Positions 13,315 to 26,162 of a stretch of DNA of 64,000 bases are shown one piece after another. The notes under the pieces are model-generated. The model was not told the DNA's origin, ran no database searches, and saw only the letters and a program-made list of their open reading frames with translations. Positions within the stretch are counted from its first letter, which is position 1. Each line of letters opens with the position of its first letter. The stretch comes from Chrysomallon squamiferum (lineage: Eukaryota; Animalia; Mollusca), in assembly GCA_012295275.1 (NCBI GenBank), contig CM022676.1:9672001-9736000 (forward strand). The letters run 5' to 3'. The position numbers and the translations under genes were made by a program.

Positions 13315-13898
13315 TTTATATTGATTTATTATTATACTTTTTTTTCTTAATTACTTTGATGTTATAATGGTAGGTCACTCTTCAGTTGCTAAAATAACAG
13401 TCAAGACCAATAACTCTGTTTGAAAATGACCTTGGTAAAAAAAACTAACTTCACCATTTTGATATTGTTGTTTTGTTATTTCACTGAAGCTATCTAATGA
13501 AATAGTATATATCTAACAAAAATTTCAACCTGTCAGAATTTTGTTTTTTAAAAGCATCGTTTCAAAAGTATCAGTCATTTTAAAAATTTAATACCTCATA
13601 AAGCATCATAAATTAAGAGGAACAAAAAACTCCTTTCAACTGTTCCCCGTCTGTATCGGACACAACGCCATCTGCAAAATAGTTCAACACCGTCGCTCGT
13701 CGCGGCTTATCAGATCTGCAAGAGAGATAACTCTGTGCAACATATTTTCATTTCCAATAAAGGCACATGTCCTAATTAATTCTTCTCTTTCCTTTGTTTC
13801 TATAAAAAAAATTAATTAACACTGCAGAAATTGAACAGTCCAACAGTTTTGCTATAATTGTTTTGTTTTTTACTGTGTAAATAGTTTTGTCAGTGAAT

Positions 13899-13941
<43 letters not shown>

Positions 13942-14353
13942 CTATAACAGGTAGATACATAGATATAAATATATATATATATATATATCTCAATGTGTGT
14001 GTGTGTATAATACATAGATATATATATATATATATAACCAAGATAAATAGATATAAAATATATGACTATATACAGAGTTTAAAACAATTTATAAACACAG
14101 TAAAAATTCAATGATTATTTATTCATTAAATTTTGACAAATTTTAAATGGATACCACCAAACTTAGTAAGTTTATAACAGCATGTTGCCATAGGAACCCT
14201 TCAGGTTGCTACAGTTACCATATGGGTGGTCACTAAACATAACATAATTTCAATCACACACAAGCAGCTTTAACACTGTCAGGTTTGCCATTTCAATGGC
14301 TTGAACATTGCCCTCTCTTTTTCAGTCAAAACATTTTTGAAATTTTTGGGGGG

Positions 14354-14384
<31 letters not shown>

Positions 14385-14674
14385 GCATAATAATAACTTT
14401 TGTATTAATAAAATTCATAATGATAATGAACTGCAATGATAATTATAATACTTGATGATGAGGAACCATGAACAGCCAATGGGTGGTGAAAGCTGATGTC
14501 CTTATTTAGGTTTGATTTCATAATAATTGTTAATAATTCTTCTGTCAAAATACTAAAATAAATAATGATAATAATAATAATGATAATAGTAATAATAATG
14601 ATAATGATGAAATAATAATGATGATGATAATAATATAACAGATATCTAAAGTCTATGGATTAGTAGATTTGGTG

Positions 14675-14715
<41 letters not shown>

Positions 14716-16106
14716 ATGGCTGAATGTAAATATAAGCATGGTACACACACACAAAAAATGTACATAAATGAATGAATGCATGTTGTGATTGGGCCTGTAA
14801 TTAAAAATGTATTAATGTGTGTATACATCTGAATGAGTGTATGTGTGTGTTGTGTAGGGTTATATAGTGTGTCTGTTAATGTATGTGTGTTAAGTGTGCA
14901 TATTATTGTATACAATAGTGTTGATATGCATGTGTGAGTGTGTGTGTGTTTGTGTGAGAGTGTGCATGCATCTATGTAGTGTGTGTTTGCAAGCATCTAT
15001 ATACTATATGTGTATGTGTGTGTGTGTGTTTGTGTGTATGTGTTAGCATGCATCTCTGTACTGTGTATGTTTGTGTGTCTGTCTGTCTGTCTGTGTGTGT
15101 GTGTGTGTGTCAAGGAGAATATTACCTGTATAGACTCCATATCATAAAAATTAAAATCTGTTACAGGTAGGGGATTACCATTTCTGTTCCACCTACAAAT
15201 AACCAATAAAAAAAAAAAAAATAATAACAGTCTACATCATATGTAATATCCACCTCATTCACTTTCATAGTTTCTAAAAATCAGAGAAAAAACATTATGA
15301 ACTCTGCAAGGTCAGAGGTCGAAGGTTACTGACCTGTGAGAACCTGGTATGTACATGATGGTGCCATTTTCTTCTGTCTGTTCGTCCAGTGCAATGTGTA
15401 TCTGGGAAAAAAAAAAAAAATATCGAAAACATCTATAGAATTCTTTTTTTAAAATACATGCATATTTTCAATTTCAAAATACTGATAAACATAATTTTGT
15501 CTTAGTAAAAGTCTACAGTGTCTGATGAGGAGAGTAAATGGTTAATTATTATTCATAGTCTAAATTGTGTTGCTGATGCTGAGCAGTTCGTTAAGAGTTC
15601 TGTTCTCTGATGAAATACTCTCATTTTGTTGAATTATTAAAAATGTTCTTGAGTAGGAAATAACAACAACAACAACAACAACAATAATAAATAATAATAA
15701 TAATAATAATAATAGCAGTAGTAATAGTAGTAGAAGTAACAGTAGTGGTAGTACTAGTAGAAGCCATAGCAGTAGCCATAGCAACAGTAACAATATTAAT
15801 GATGATTATTAATAAAATAATATTAGGATTTATAATAATATCAGACTTGTATTTATCTATGGAAGGTTGTTAGTGTCATCTTCACTGGTTTTCAGACTTA
15901 GGATCTTTCTTTTAAAACTGAGAGTTTGAGTATGTCATGTTCTAGAGAGGAAATTAGTAAGAAATCTAGCTAAACTAATTTCATTTAGTTAAAAATAAAT
16001 AACTAGTCTTGCTTAATAACTAGACTTGCTTACAGTCAAATGTTTCATGGGTTTAGTACGAGTCCAATAGGAATAATCCTGATGCCTGAAGAAGAAGAAA
16101 ACAATT

Positions 16107-16154
<48 letters not shown>

Positions 16155-16214
16155 CCTCTTCATCTCTCTTTCTCTGTCTCTCTTTCTATCTCTCTCTGGC
16201 TGTCTCACTCTTTA

Positions 16215-16270
<56 letters not shown>

Positions 16271-17142
16271 GTCTCTCTCTCTCTCTCTCTCTTTCTCCCT
16301 TCATCTCTTTTGTTCTCTCTTTCTCTGTCTGTCTGCCTGTCGCCTCCCTCCCACTTTTTCATTATTCAGTAGTATAATAACATCCTTCATCCATATAATC
16401 TAGAACCTGTTTCAACCTTTAGGAGTTTATGTATTAGCTTCAGGTCTGAAGGAAAGGACCTGTAATTTCATTTAATGTCAGAATTCAAATTATTTACCAA
16501 GCTACCACTCCTCCATGTTTGGGAGGTTTTGCAAAAAGCTGATCGTGCCACAATCTGACTCCTACCTCCTTCTTGTTTTCATCAAGCAACTGTGACGCAG
16601 GAACCTGAAAAATTTATTTTCTGGAAAGTAGCATTTAATAATTATCTTTTAGAAAGTAGCATTTGAAAAGTAAGGTCTACCCTATTAAAATACTGTGAAG
16701 AATCTGAGAATCAAAAATAAACAGTTATCTTTTAGAAAGTATTTTTTGAAAATGAAGGTTTACCATTTTAAAATGCTGTACAGAATCTGAGTATTAATAA
16801 TAAAAAGTATCTTTTAGAAAGTAGTATTTGAATATTAAAGTTCACAATATTAATATATTATACAAAATCTGAGTATTAAAAATAAACCAAGGTCTTTTAG
16901 AAAATAGTATTTGGAAAATAAAGTTAGAATAAAAATTTTGAAAATAAAGAGATCAAAATGCAACAAAAAATATAGCTTAAAATATGGTTACTAATCATAA
17001 TCTTTTAGAAAGGTATCTATAAACATACAAGTTAATATAATCTTAATAATCAGGGGTAAAAATGAAATAACTAGCAAATAAATAAAAATATCAATAATAA
17101 TGATGATGATGATGATGATGATGACATGATGATGATGATGAC

Positions 17143-17201
<59 letters not shown>

Positions 17202-18412
17202 CGACGATGATGGTCTCACCACAGCTTGGGGTAGGAAAATTAGATCATGGAACGCTTTTGTCAGTCGCCACTGGCCAAGTCCATGCATCAATACATTGTC
17301 TGGGTCACCTGACTGGTTGCTATGGTATTCATACATCATATCAATCCCAGGATGCCCTTCATCACCTCCCTGTAACATGTATAAATATAACAACACGAAT
17401 GCAAACCACTATGTCAGTCTCTTGCATATAAAATTAGCTTTAAAGCAAATTATTATTTCGTTATTAGTTCCTATCCCTACACCTTTTCTAATAATAAAGT
17501 ATTACAATTATAATAATGATGGCAGAGTTATGCTAGAAATACTAAGAGTTTAAAATTTCAATAAAAAAAATTCAAATTATTGATTTTTAATTCAGCTTTG
17601 ACCAAACTGTAAGTTTACAATACTTGTTGCCATAGGAACCACAAACAGCCAATGGGTGGTGAAAGCTTGCAGGTCCTCTCTATAAGTTTGATTTCATTGG
17701 TTTGAACACAGCCCTCTGTTTCTTCTGGTGATTCTATAAACGACTGTTCGACTACCAAGATGTTGTTTTATTCTTCTCTGGAACGGATTCTATTGTCATT
17801 AATAATTAAATAACACTGCTACAATGGTGCCATTTTAAACCTTCACAATTCAAGTCTTGATGTCAACATGTATACAGCAGATGGATAGGTTTAGAGTTTT
17901 TTTCCACACTTCTGTATAAGACAGTATAAATACTATAAAAACCAAGAAGAATTTAGCTTGGCTAGCAATCCACTTTATCTAACAGCTTTATGTAATACTC
18001 CACTTGTCCATTAATAACTCTGACAAAGCCTTTATAGCATAGTTAGTAATCCTCTGTCTACTAAAACCACCTGTCCGCCAATTAACTAGTAACTTTCACT
18101 AGTAAACCACACTGGTTTTAACACTTATCTTGCATAATCCACTAATTTACCAATAATTTTCACACTCGGGGGCCAGGAAAGCTTGCTTTAACCTGTTACT
18201 TACGATGAAGTATTTGTAGTCAGCCAGAACCATATCACATTGCTCCTCTGTCAAGATTGGGATATCCAGTAGGAAGCCATTTTTCCAGAACTGCTCTACT
18301 TGGTGTTCGGTGAGCAGGAAATTATTCCATGCAGTCTTGTCCTAGATGGAAAAAAATGTGAGAGATATTTTAAGATATATTATTTTATTGTTAAATTATG
18401 ATGATGATGATG

Positions 18413-18454
<42 letters not shown>

Positions 18455-18936
18455 CAACTACTACTAATACCACTTTTAATGTTTATGTATCAAGCATAAT
18501 TAATGGTATTTATACAATTTTTACAAATTTTTAATGTCTGTGTGTCTGTGCATCTGTGTACAGTTCTAGGCAAATAATACTGGTGTCATAGACACAAGTA
18601 AAAAATTTTTTTTTTAAATCCCTTTTTTTTTTTGAAGGTTTATTGATGATACCATTGTTTCTGAAATGCATGTGTCTATAATGTATGTGTGCACGAAAGC
18701 ATGTCTGAATGTGACAGTGAACATATATTTCAACACGCATTATCTATTGTCAGTTAAGCATTCACGGCTTACGTGACATCTGATTGGTTAATCACGTACT
18801 GCGTCAGAGTAAACCGCAATTTGATTGGTTGGTTCCTTACCTTGATTGGTGTAAAGAGTTCTCCTATTGGCTGATGCACGGAACTCCAATCAGGAACTCC
18901 CGGTGCATATTCTTTTGGTTTAATGTTAGAAGACAT
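12999..18936 (-). CDS. Phytanoyl-CoA dioxygenase (PhyH) family Fe(II)/2-oxoglutarate dioxygenase, about 315 aa, 10 coding exons; exons 8 and 9 are disrupted in this sequence
   Basis: Minus-strand exons: 18936-18841 ([32 protein letters not shown]), 18341-18204 ([24 protein letters not shown]...), 17369-17220 ([32 protein letters not shown]...), 16604-16498 ([21 protein letters not shown]), 16085-16034 ([17 protein letters not shown]), 15401-15334 ([22 protein letters not shown]), 15192-15126, ~14552-14452 ([11 protein letters not shown], damaged), 13715-~13595 ([16 protein letters not shown], 3' end damaged), 13058-12999 ([19 protein letters not shown]). Exons 1-7 are GT-AG and phase-consistent. 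WHQD, ENG..Y.PGSH, HGS and PRR are PhyH signatures. Confidence 0.9.
14180..14335 (-). pseudogene. Further fragmented copy of dioxygenase exon 8, interleaved with foreign sequence
   Basis: [15 protein letters not shown] at 14334-14290, ACCACCCAT at 14230-14222 and GGTTCCTATGGCAACA (GSYGN) at 14198-14183. The pieces are separated by sequence matching SLC5A7 intron 3 in inverted orientation. Confidence 0.75.
16110..16345. repeat. CT-rich microsatellite complex
   Basis: (CT)n with interruptions next to exon 16085-16034. Confidence 0.9.
16620..17015. repeat. Degenerate ~85 bp minisatellite x5
   Basis: TCTTTTAGAAAGTA and AATCTGAG cores recur at ~16645, 16728, 16810, 16893 and 17001. Confidence 0.8.
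17100..17212. repeat. (GAT)n microsatellite
   Basis: Abuts the donor of dioxygenase exon 3; source of the poly-Met/poly-Ser ORFs. Confidence 0.95.
17624..17733 (-). pseudogene. Dead duplicate of dioxygenase exon 8 inside intron 2
   Basis: TTTATAG|[35 protein letters not shown]|GTATTG. In-frame TAG at 17682-17680 and His->Cys in the HGS motif. Shares AACAGCCAATGGGTGGTGAAAGCT with 14471-14494. Confidence 0.85.
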
Positions 18937-19044
18937 TATGCTTTAACTGCTGAAAATAAATGTTATATTCTTTATTTATTGATATATGTTGTTTTGTTGT
19001 TGTTGTTTTTTTTAATTTATATTAGTATTATTTTATTTAGTGTG

Positions 19045-19101
<57 letters not shown>

Positions 19102-19229
19102 TGTTTTATTTTGTTTTACATTTATTAATTTTTATTGAAGATGTGTCTGTTAATTCGATAGTGATAATTTGTAGTGTAACTAAACGAGAACACATAATAT
19201 GAATATTTACGTAAACACACACACACACA

Positions 19230-19282
<53 letters not shown>

Positions 19283-19411
19283 ATTAAAATAAAAATAAAA
19301 ATGAAGAAGGAATATTTTAGTTCGCATGATTAAATAACCTATTATCTGATTTCCCTCTTTGCTTTTTTTTTTTTTTTTTTTTTTTTTCGGTTCTTCATCT
19401 AATTCAGTTAC

Positions 19412-19752
19412 CTTGAACCAACTTATTACCGCCCCTAAATCGTATTTTCAATTGACGCCACCCCTACCCTATTTAGCGATGACACGTATGCGTGTATCGC
19501 TCTATTTACTACACTTAAGCTCCAAGCTTGTACGACTAATTCTGTGACCTTCTGCTAAAACAATAAATACCTGAACAGTGTCAAAGTTAGTAGCACCTGC
19601 CATAGACGTGCCGTTCTATGTTACTCCCTCGTCCATTATTTTCACATTTAACGTTGAAAGCAGTGTTCTGGCATACTAGACGTTGATATTATGTTCCTGT
19701 TCGTTTGACTTTTGGATCATTTGACATGGATTTAAAGTAATGCAGTAGACAG
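19412..19752. promoter_or_regulatory. Candidate bidirectional promoter with divergent non-coding first exons
   Basis: CpG-containing block. The minus-strand donor AAG|GTAACT (19411) can join acceptor TTTTCAG at 18950, just before the dioxygenase ATG. A plus-strand donor CAG|GTATGT lies at 19753. Confidence 0.5.
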
Positions 19753-20721
19753 GTATGTGACCTTAATGCGTATTTTAAAAGTTTAAAATATGTCTATTTA
19801 TTTTAATAAGATGAAACGTAAATCAGCGTTTGGTTCCTTGACTGTTATGTATAAGATTATATACTGTATGTATTTCATTTTGTTAGACATATAGATATAG
19901 TAATTTAAAAAAAAATAAAAATAAATAAATTGTCAATTCTTATTTATGCCTGAAACCATTGAACATTAAATATAAGTAATAAATCAAAAGGACAAATACT
20001 AAAAATTATATCGTATGTTTGTGTGTGTGCGTGTGCGTGTATAAAGCTTTAATTAGAAGAAATGTTTAGCAATAATTCTATTCTTACTTAATTTTTTTTC
20101 CATTTTATTTCTTATTTATTTATTTTTCTGTTTTTATAACTATATATATTTTTTTTTATCTCATTATTTATCTATTGATCTATTGATCTATCTATTCATT
20201 TGCTATTTTTTTTTAATGACTATCTTCTATCTATCTATCTAGCTAGCTATCTATTTAAATTAATAATACAAATTTAAGGTTACTTGTAAATTAAAATATA
20301 TCAATTACATAAAATGTATAATAATAAAAATCTGCTAAAATTGTTCTAAATGTGTGAAGAAGATAGAGCCGACTGATTCCGAGTATTCACGATGGCCGAA
20401 TGGCTACGGGAGATGATAATGAAATGTAAGGGCGTGTGTGCGTGTGTGTGTGTGTGTGGACGTGTGCATATGTGTAAGCCGGTTTCATATCGTTTAGAAC
20501 AACTATGTATCATAACGGCTAAGAGACAATAGTTTATTGCGTTCATTATTAATTATATCTGTTCAATTTATTATCCGCTGTTACGTTTCAAATGCATGAT
20601 ATAGTCAGATTTGATACATTTGAATGACGAGAGAGAGAATGTTAGCTAATACTCTTTTTGTTTTATATGTAATGTCCCGAAACTGGATCAAAATAAAAAA
20701 AGAGACAAAAAAAGTTTAAGA

Positions 20722-20770
<49 letters not shown>

Positions 20771-20829
20771 TTAAACAGAGGATATAATAGTTCATTTTTA
20801 AAACACGCTCAATGCTTGTAATTGCCAAT

Positions 20830-21240
20830 TGCCATTTCAGTTTGCGGATCTTACCGATGAAGAGGTTGGTTACGCTTATCCGGGGGAGGTGAAAGTAACT
20901 GCATTGTTTGAAAACATGGAGGCGCTGGAATTCGGTATTATACACAAAGGGTAGACTTTATAGTAAGTATTTCTATATTTTTTATGAATCAGACTATACT
21001 ATATTTATCTCGTTTATTTTGTGTATTTTGTACGAGTCAATGCTTTATGCATTAAACTTGAAACTGATTTTATTTGTAAGAAAGTCGCCATGTTCAAAAC
21101 GGGTTTCGCCGAACACCTGGTCGCGTTGACTCGTTTTCGGAGGCACGTTGCTAATTAAAAGATAAAGGAAATGAAAAGCGCGGGCTGCTGTACTGAACCT
21201 TATCGTCTGTTTGTGAGTTCATTCTGCTACAGTACGACAA
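20830..21240 (+). promoter_or_regulatory. CpG-rich block; candidate alternative promoter or first exon for the plus-strand (Vangl) transcript
   Basis: High CpG density relative to the flanks; GTAAGT donor at 20963. Confidence 0.35.
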
Positions 21241-22211
21241 TACGATGTTTTGTTTTTACACGACAGCACAATTGTAAGAGTCAAAATAGGTGTAGTGAGG
21301 TGTAGCTTTATTTAAAAGTATCTTCTCATTTATTTCGTTTTGTGATAAAATTTTCCTTTCAGTACTCGCTCAGACGTAAAAATAAGATAATATAAATGTA
21401 CACATTCTGTATTTATTACTTATTGAAATATTCATTCCAGGGCTCTAATATATATATTTCATTAAAAAAAAATTGTCTTGCATTTAATGTTTGTAATAAA
21501 TGCAAACATGGAACATCCATAAATTTATAATCATGATAATGATATTGTATATGTGCGAATATGTCAGTTTGTTTATATATGTATATATGAGAGGGTAGGA
21601 CAGCTATATATCAACAGATCCCTATTATAATTTATTATATTTTTCTCTCTCACTTTTGAAATAATAATAATAATAATAATAACATAGGGCAAAATACATT
21701 CAGCTATTACACTTTGAGCAATATTATATTTCCTTTACAAGTCCACACACACATTTGCAGTCTTTAGATGTAAAGTATATTTTAAATTTGGTTTCTTTAC
21801 TGTGAAATATATTAAGATCATTTTTAATGATTCTCTTTGCTAAGAAATACATGTTTAGGATTATTTTAATATGAAACCTATATGCTGTATTCTAAATGAA
21901 GGTAGCTTTTTTCTTGCTTTCTTTTTGGTTAAATTCTTGCCTGTATAATTTTTTTTTTTTTTTTTTTTTTTGTACATTTTCTACCTTAAGTTTTCAGTGC
22001 ATGATATTTAACAAATATTTATTCCAATATCCAGCTTACTTTTTATTAGAAGTCAGTATTAAAGAAATTGCACCTTAACCTCTTAGTATAAAATAATTAA
22101 CAAAGCTTCATTCTAAATTGTTTTTGTTGCCTTTTTAGGTGTAGATATTAAAAAAAAAAATTATTCTTTTATCTAGAAGTAAGTACTAAAGAAATTCTAC
22201 ATTTAATCATC

Positions 22212-22245
<34 letters not shown>

Positions 22246-22736
22246 ACCCAAGTTTTAGGATAGATCCTTTTTTTTTTCTTGTTCTCTTTAGATGTGAACA
22301 TTAAAGAAATTCTACTTTAAATCCCACTACAAAACATTTTCTAACAAAGTTGGGTAGGACAACTTTTTTTTATCTTTTTGTCTTTCCTCGGATGTAAACT
22401 CTTAACTAAGTAAAACCCAGTCGGCACTGTTTGATCATGCCTGTGTGTTCACGTTTCGTGTTGTCGTGATCTTTTCTCTCTCAAACAGATGTAACTTGCA
22501 GAGCCAAATATTTGTTGACCTTTTCCCGAGTTAATCCTCGCCTTCCACTCAAATCGGACTCAGTCTGGCTCGGGCTCCGAGTTGGGTAAATATTGTCACT
22601 AAACTGCGATGTGGTTTTGAAACACTGATTTCCATTAGATCACAGAACAAAAACCTGCTGAGACTGTTTACGCGCTACAGGTAGCAGGATCAGTCCTTGA
22701 GAGTGGAGAGCATTTCTGGGAGGGAAATGAAAGGAA

Positions 22737-22905
22737 ATTTTTTCGGTTTGTGGAGTAGTTGGTAAAATTTTCAGTTTGAGGAGTGGTTGATAAAATTTTC
22801 AGTTTGTGAAGTAGTTGGTAAAATTTTCAGTTTGTGAAGTAGTTGGTAAAATTTTCAGTTTGTGAAGTAGTTGGTAACATTTTCAGTTTGAGGAGTAGTT
22901 GGTAT
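22737..22905. repeat. 28 bp minisatellite x6
   Basis: GGTAAAATTTTCAGTTTGTGAAGTAGTT and variants in tandem. Confidence 0.95.
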
Positions 22906-23707
22906 TTATGAAATTACGATTAAAGAGTTTAATTTGCATTTTTTTCTTCTATCTTTCACTCACTATGAACACTGTAGATAACAACTTTTCATCTTATGGA
23001 AAGCAATGAAGGTTGCTGGCTTCAATTCTTTCATCTTATGGAATGACTAGAAAGCTAGAAGAGGTTCTCATAGTGAAGATTCTCAAGAAGGCAAAGGGCC
23101 TCTGTTCTAAAACTGTAAAGGAATCGCATGGCTCAGTAATTACAGATATCTTCCTTGAGACACTGAACCTGCGGTTTAAGATGCTGCATGATAAATTCTT
23201 CTTGATTTATATACAACTCTGTAGGATATTGGTTCACCAGAAGTTTGCCTGGTGGACAGACACTCACTCCCAAAAGTTAAAAAAGGACAGTTGATATTTT
23301 ACACTTGAGCTCAGTAATTATAGATAACTTCCTTAAGATACTGAAGTCGGTTGGAACTGAGATTTAAGATGTTGCATGATAAATTCTTCTTCATGGTTTC
23401 TAATGAATCTCATTATGACACTTCTGTTGTGCACATATTAAGCTGTTTTTATTGTAGCTGATGTTTGATGGGTTATTCAATCAATATCTGCAGTATTCGT
23501 TGAGTTACTTCTGTTTTTGCTCAGATATTTGGTCTCTTCTGAGGACTGTTGTACTGTTATTCTTGCTCAGATATTTGTGTTGCATTGCATACTCAGATAT
23601 TTGGTCCATTTATTGTTGGGTTTTATTTTTAAAATTTGAATTGGTCATGATTTCATTATAATACTTTTAAAATAAACTTTTCTGCTACCATTCCATGACT
23701 ATTTTTT

Positions 23708-23952
23708 TGTGCTATGTTTCTAGTTTCATATGTGATGACATACAAGTTGAGTATTCATTAAGCAGTTTCTTAATTTGTGTCTGGCTTGATCTTGTATGTT
23801 ATGGACCTTTGTAATTTGTCAAAAAAAAAGTGCTATATTTCTAGTTTCATATGTGATGAGATTCAAGTTCAGTATTCATTAAGCAATTTCTTAATTTGTG
23901 TCTGTCATGATCTTGTATGTTATGGAGCATTATAATTTGTACAAAAAAAAAG
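23708..23952. repeat. ~122 bp tandem duplication
   Basis: GTGCTAT(G/A)TTTCTAGTTTCATATGTGATGA...GATCTTGTATGTTATGGA occurs twice in tandem. Confidence 0.9.
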
Positions 23953-26127
23953 TGAAAAAAGCAACCACTGTGCATCAGTTCTATTTGAGTTTTTATTGGG
24001 TTATCACCTGCTTAGGTTAGTGACTCATCTGGTTACCGCTGTTCACTGCATAGTTCTTTTCTGAGACATTGCAGGACAAATCCTCTTATGATCTTAGTGC
24101 TGCCATCTTTGGTGTATTTCAACCATTGTTAAATACTCGTTAAATGATTTTGATGGTGACTCAGAAACCATTGCTATGTTCCATTTAATTATTTTATTTT
24201 TTCTTTACTGCAGTGTTTAATAGTTTAAAAATTAAAAGAAATAACCTGTGTGTTTATTTCTGTGGGGGTTTGACTGTATAAAAATATCTCTTCTTGTAAT
24301 ATTGTAAAAGAAAATCATGGAGTAGTCAAAGAAGCTTTATTTTCTGAAATGTTTTACTGGTTATCATGTAACAAACAGTCCATGGTATGTAAAATACCAT
24401 TTCTCAATCGGTACCAATAGTTTGGTATTTAAGCAGCTGGTTTAGTAATCTCACATCATTATCAAGAATCAATAATCATCAATATTAAAATGTGTTGATA
24501 TTTATTCATTTATTCAAAATTGACATTTAGAGGTGACTTAATTGCGCATATTTATGTTCTAGACAATTTTAATTATTCAGAGTGTGTATTTTGTGGTAGG
24601 TTAGTGTTGAGTTTATTTTAGAAATATCAAGACCCAAATAGTCTCTTTGTTATTGATTTTGTATAACTATACGGTTCAGTTAATGTTCTGATTATTCTTG
24701 CTTTTTCTCTTTCATTCCCACTGTTTGTCTGTTTCTTTTCTAATCTTTCTTGCTTTTTATGTTTGTTTGGTGTTTTCTCTCTTTTTTATTATTTCTTTCT
24801 TTCTATGTCTCTATTAATATAATTTAAAAAAATTGAAACCCATTAAAGACTTTATATAATTGCTAACTATATTGTCTTTCAAGTCTTAAAAACACAAACC
24901 CAGGATTGGCCACAATATTACAGCATATTACATAATGTCACTTAAAGTCAGTAGATTCACCTGTTGAATATACTGTGTATATCACAGCCTAAGTAAACAT
25001 GATGGCTTACATATCCCTTTAACATAGAGGTGCCTTCAATAAATAGTGTCTAGGATTAACCAAAGAAATCATTTTAACATAAGGGGTGTCTTGATAAACA
25101 ATGTCTGGATGTTAACCAATAGAATTGCCTGTTTTATAAGATTAACCAATGACATTTGAGATCTTAAAGGATTAGACTAGACATGTACCCTGAGGATAAG
25201 CAGGTTTGTTAACTGACTGTATAAAACATTTTTATTAGTTTGGGTTTTTGTTTTTTTGATAATTAAAAATATTCTGGCTTTTGCACATTTTTAAATGTAT
25301 ACATATGTAAAAACCCATAAATAATAAAAAAATTTCAAGCCTGAGTTAGGAATGACATAGCTAAATAAATAAACGAATGTATGTCAGTCTACAAAGATTA
25401 AATAAAACAAAAAAGAAATAAATCTTACCTGTAATATTAGATCCAAACTCCAAATCTTGTTTTCTTTATCTTTTATTTATTTTTTTTTTTTTAAAGACTG
25501 TAGTATATGATAGTATATTGTTCCTTTTAACACAGTAATACAACTGTTTTATTTGATTCTTTTTCTAAATATTGTAGCTTTTATTACACTCTTATTATTT
25601 TGTTTTACTTGGGACACATGTCTCTATATAATCCTTTTAACTCTGATCAGTTACTTAACTGTTTTGTCCCCTATATCACACTTGTAATATTGCTCTGCAT
25701 TATTTCATGTGAAACAGGATAGTGTGCTTTATATTTATTTTAAAGAAAGAAAAAATAAAAATAAAGTAAAAAATAACTTGACAGTTATAGATAACTTTTG
25801 TTCTCTGAATGATAAGAAATGACCTTGAGGGTGAGCGCATAAACATATCATCTGTTTTTGTTCACACAACAAAGAATGGATCTACTGATATAGCCAAAGC
25901 TACAGATGTGTGATATGTCTGTTTTCCATAATAGCTCAGATCAGCTGGGGTTTTTTTTTTTTTTTTTTTTCCTTCTTCTTCTTACTGTACCAGATCATTT
26001 CATTTCCACGTGAAATACTGCATGTGTGTTTATTTGTGTAAAACTGTCGGAAAATGCTTTAACAAACATTGCATACTTTGCCTACACCAATCTCTGCATT
26101 TTTATATTATTGTTATTGTTATTGTTA

Positions 26128-26162
<35 letters not shown>

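Noticed and set aside
18781-18892. Array of CCAAT boxes suggesting an NF-Y promoter
   Set aside because: Three of the five ATTGG/CCAAT hits lie inside dioxygenase coding exon 1 (18936-18841), and the rest are in the following intron.
12999-18936. Bacterial contamination explaining the bacterial-like dioxygenase
   Set aside because: The gene has nine spliceosomal introns filled with host-type microsatellites.
22737-22905. 28 bp repeats of CRISPR-like length
   Set aside because: Head-to-tail units with no spacers.
23013-23294. 93-aa ORF upstream of Vangl
   Set aside because: Non-ATG start, no recognisable motif, and partly duplicated at ~23308-23392 like the surrounding local repeats.
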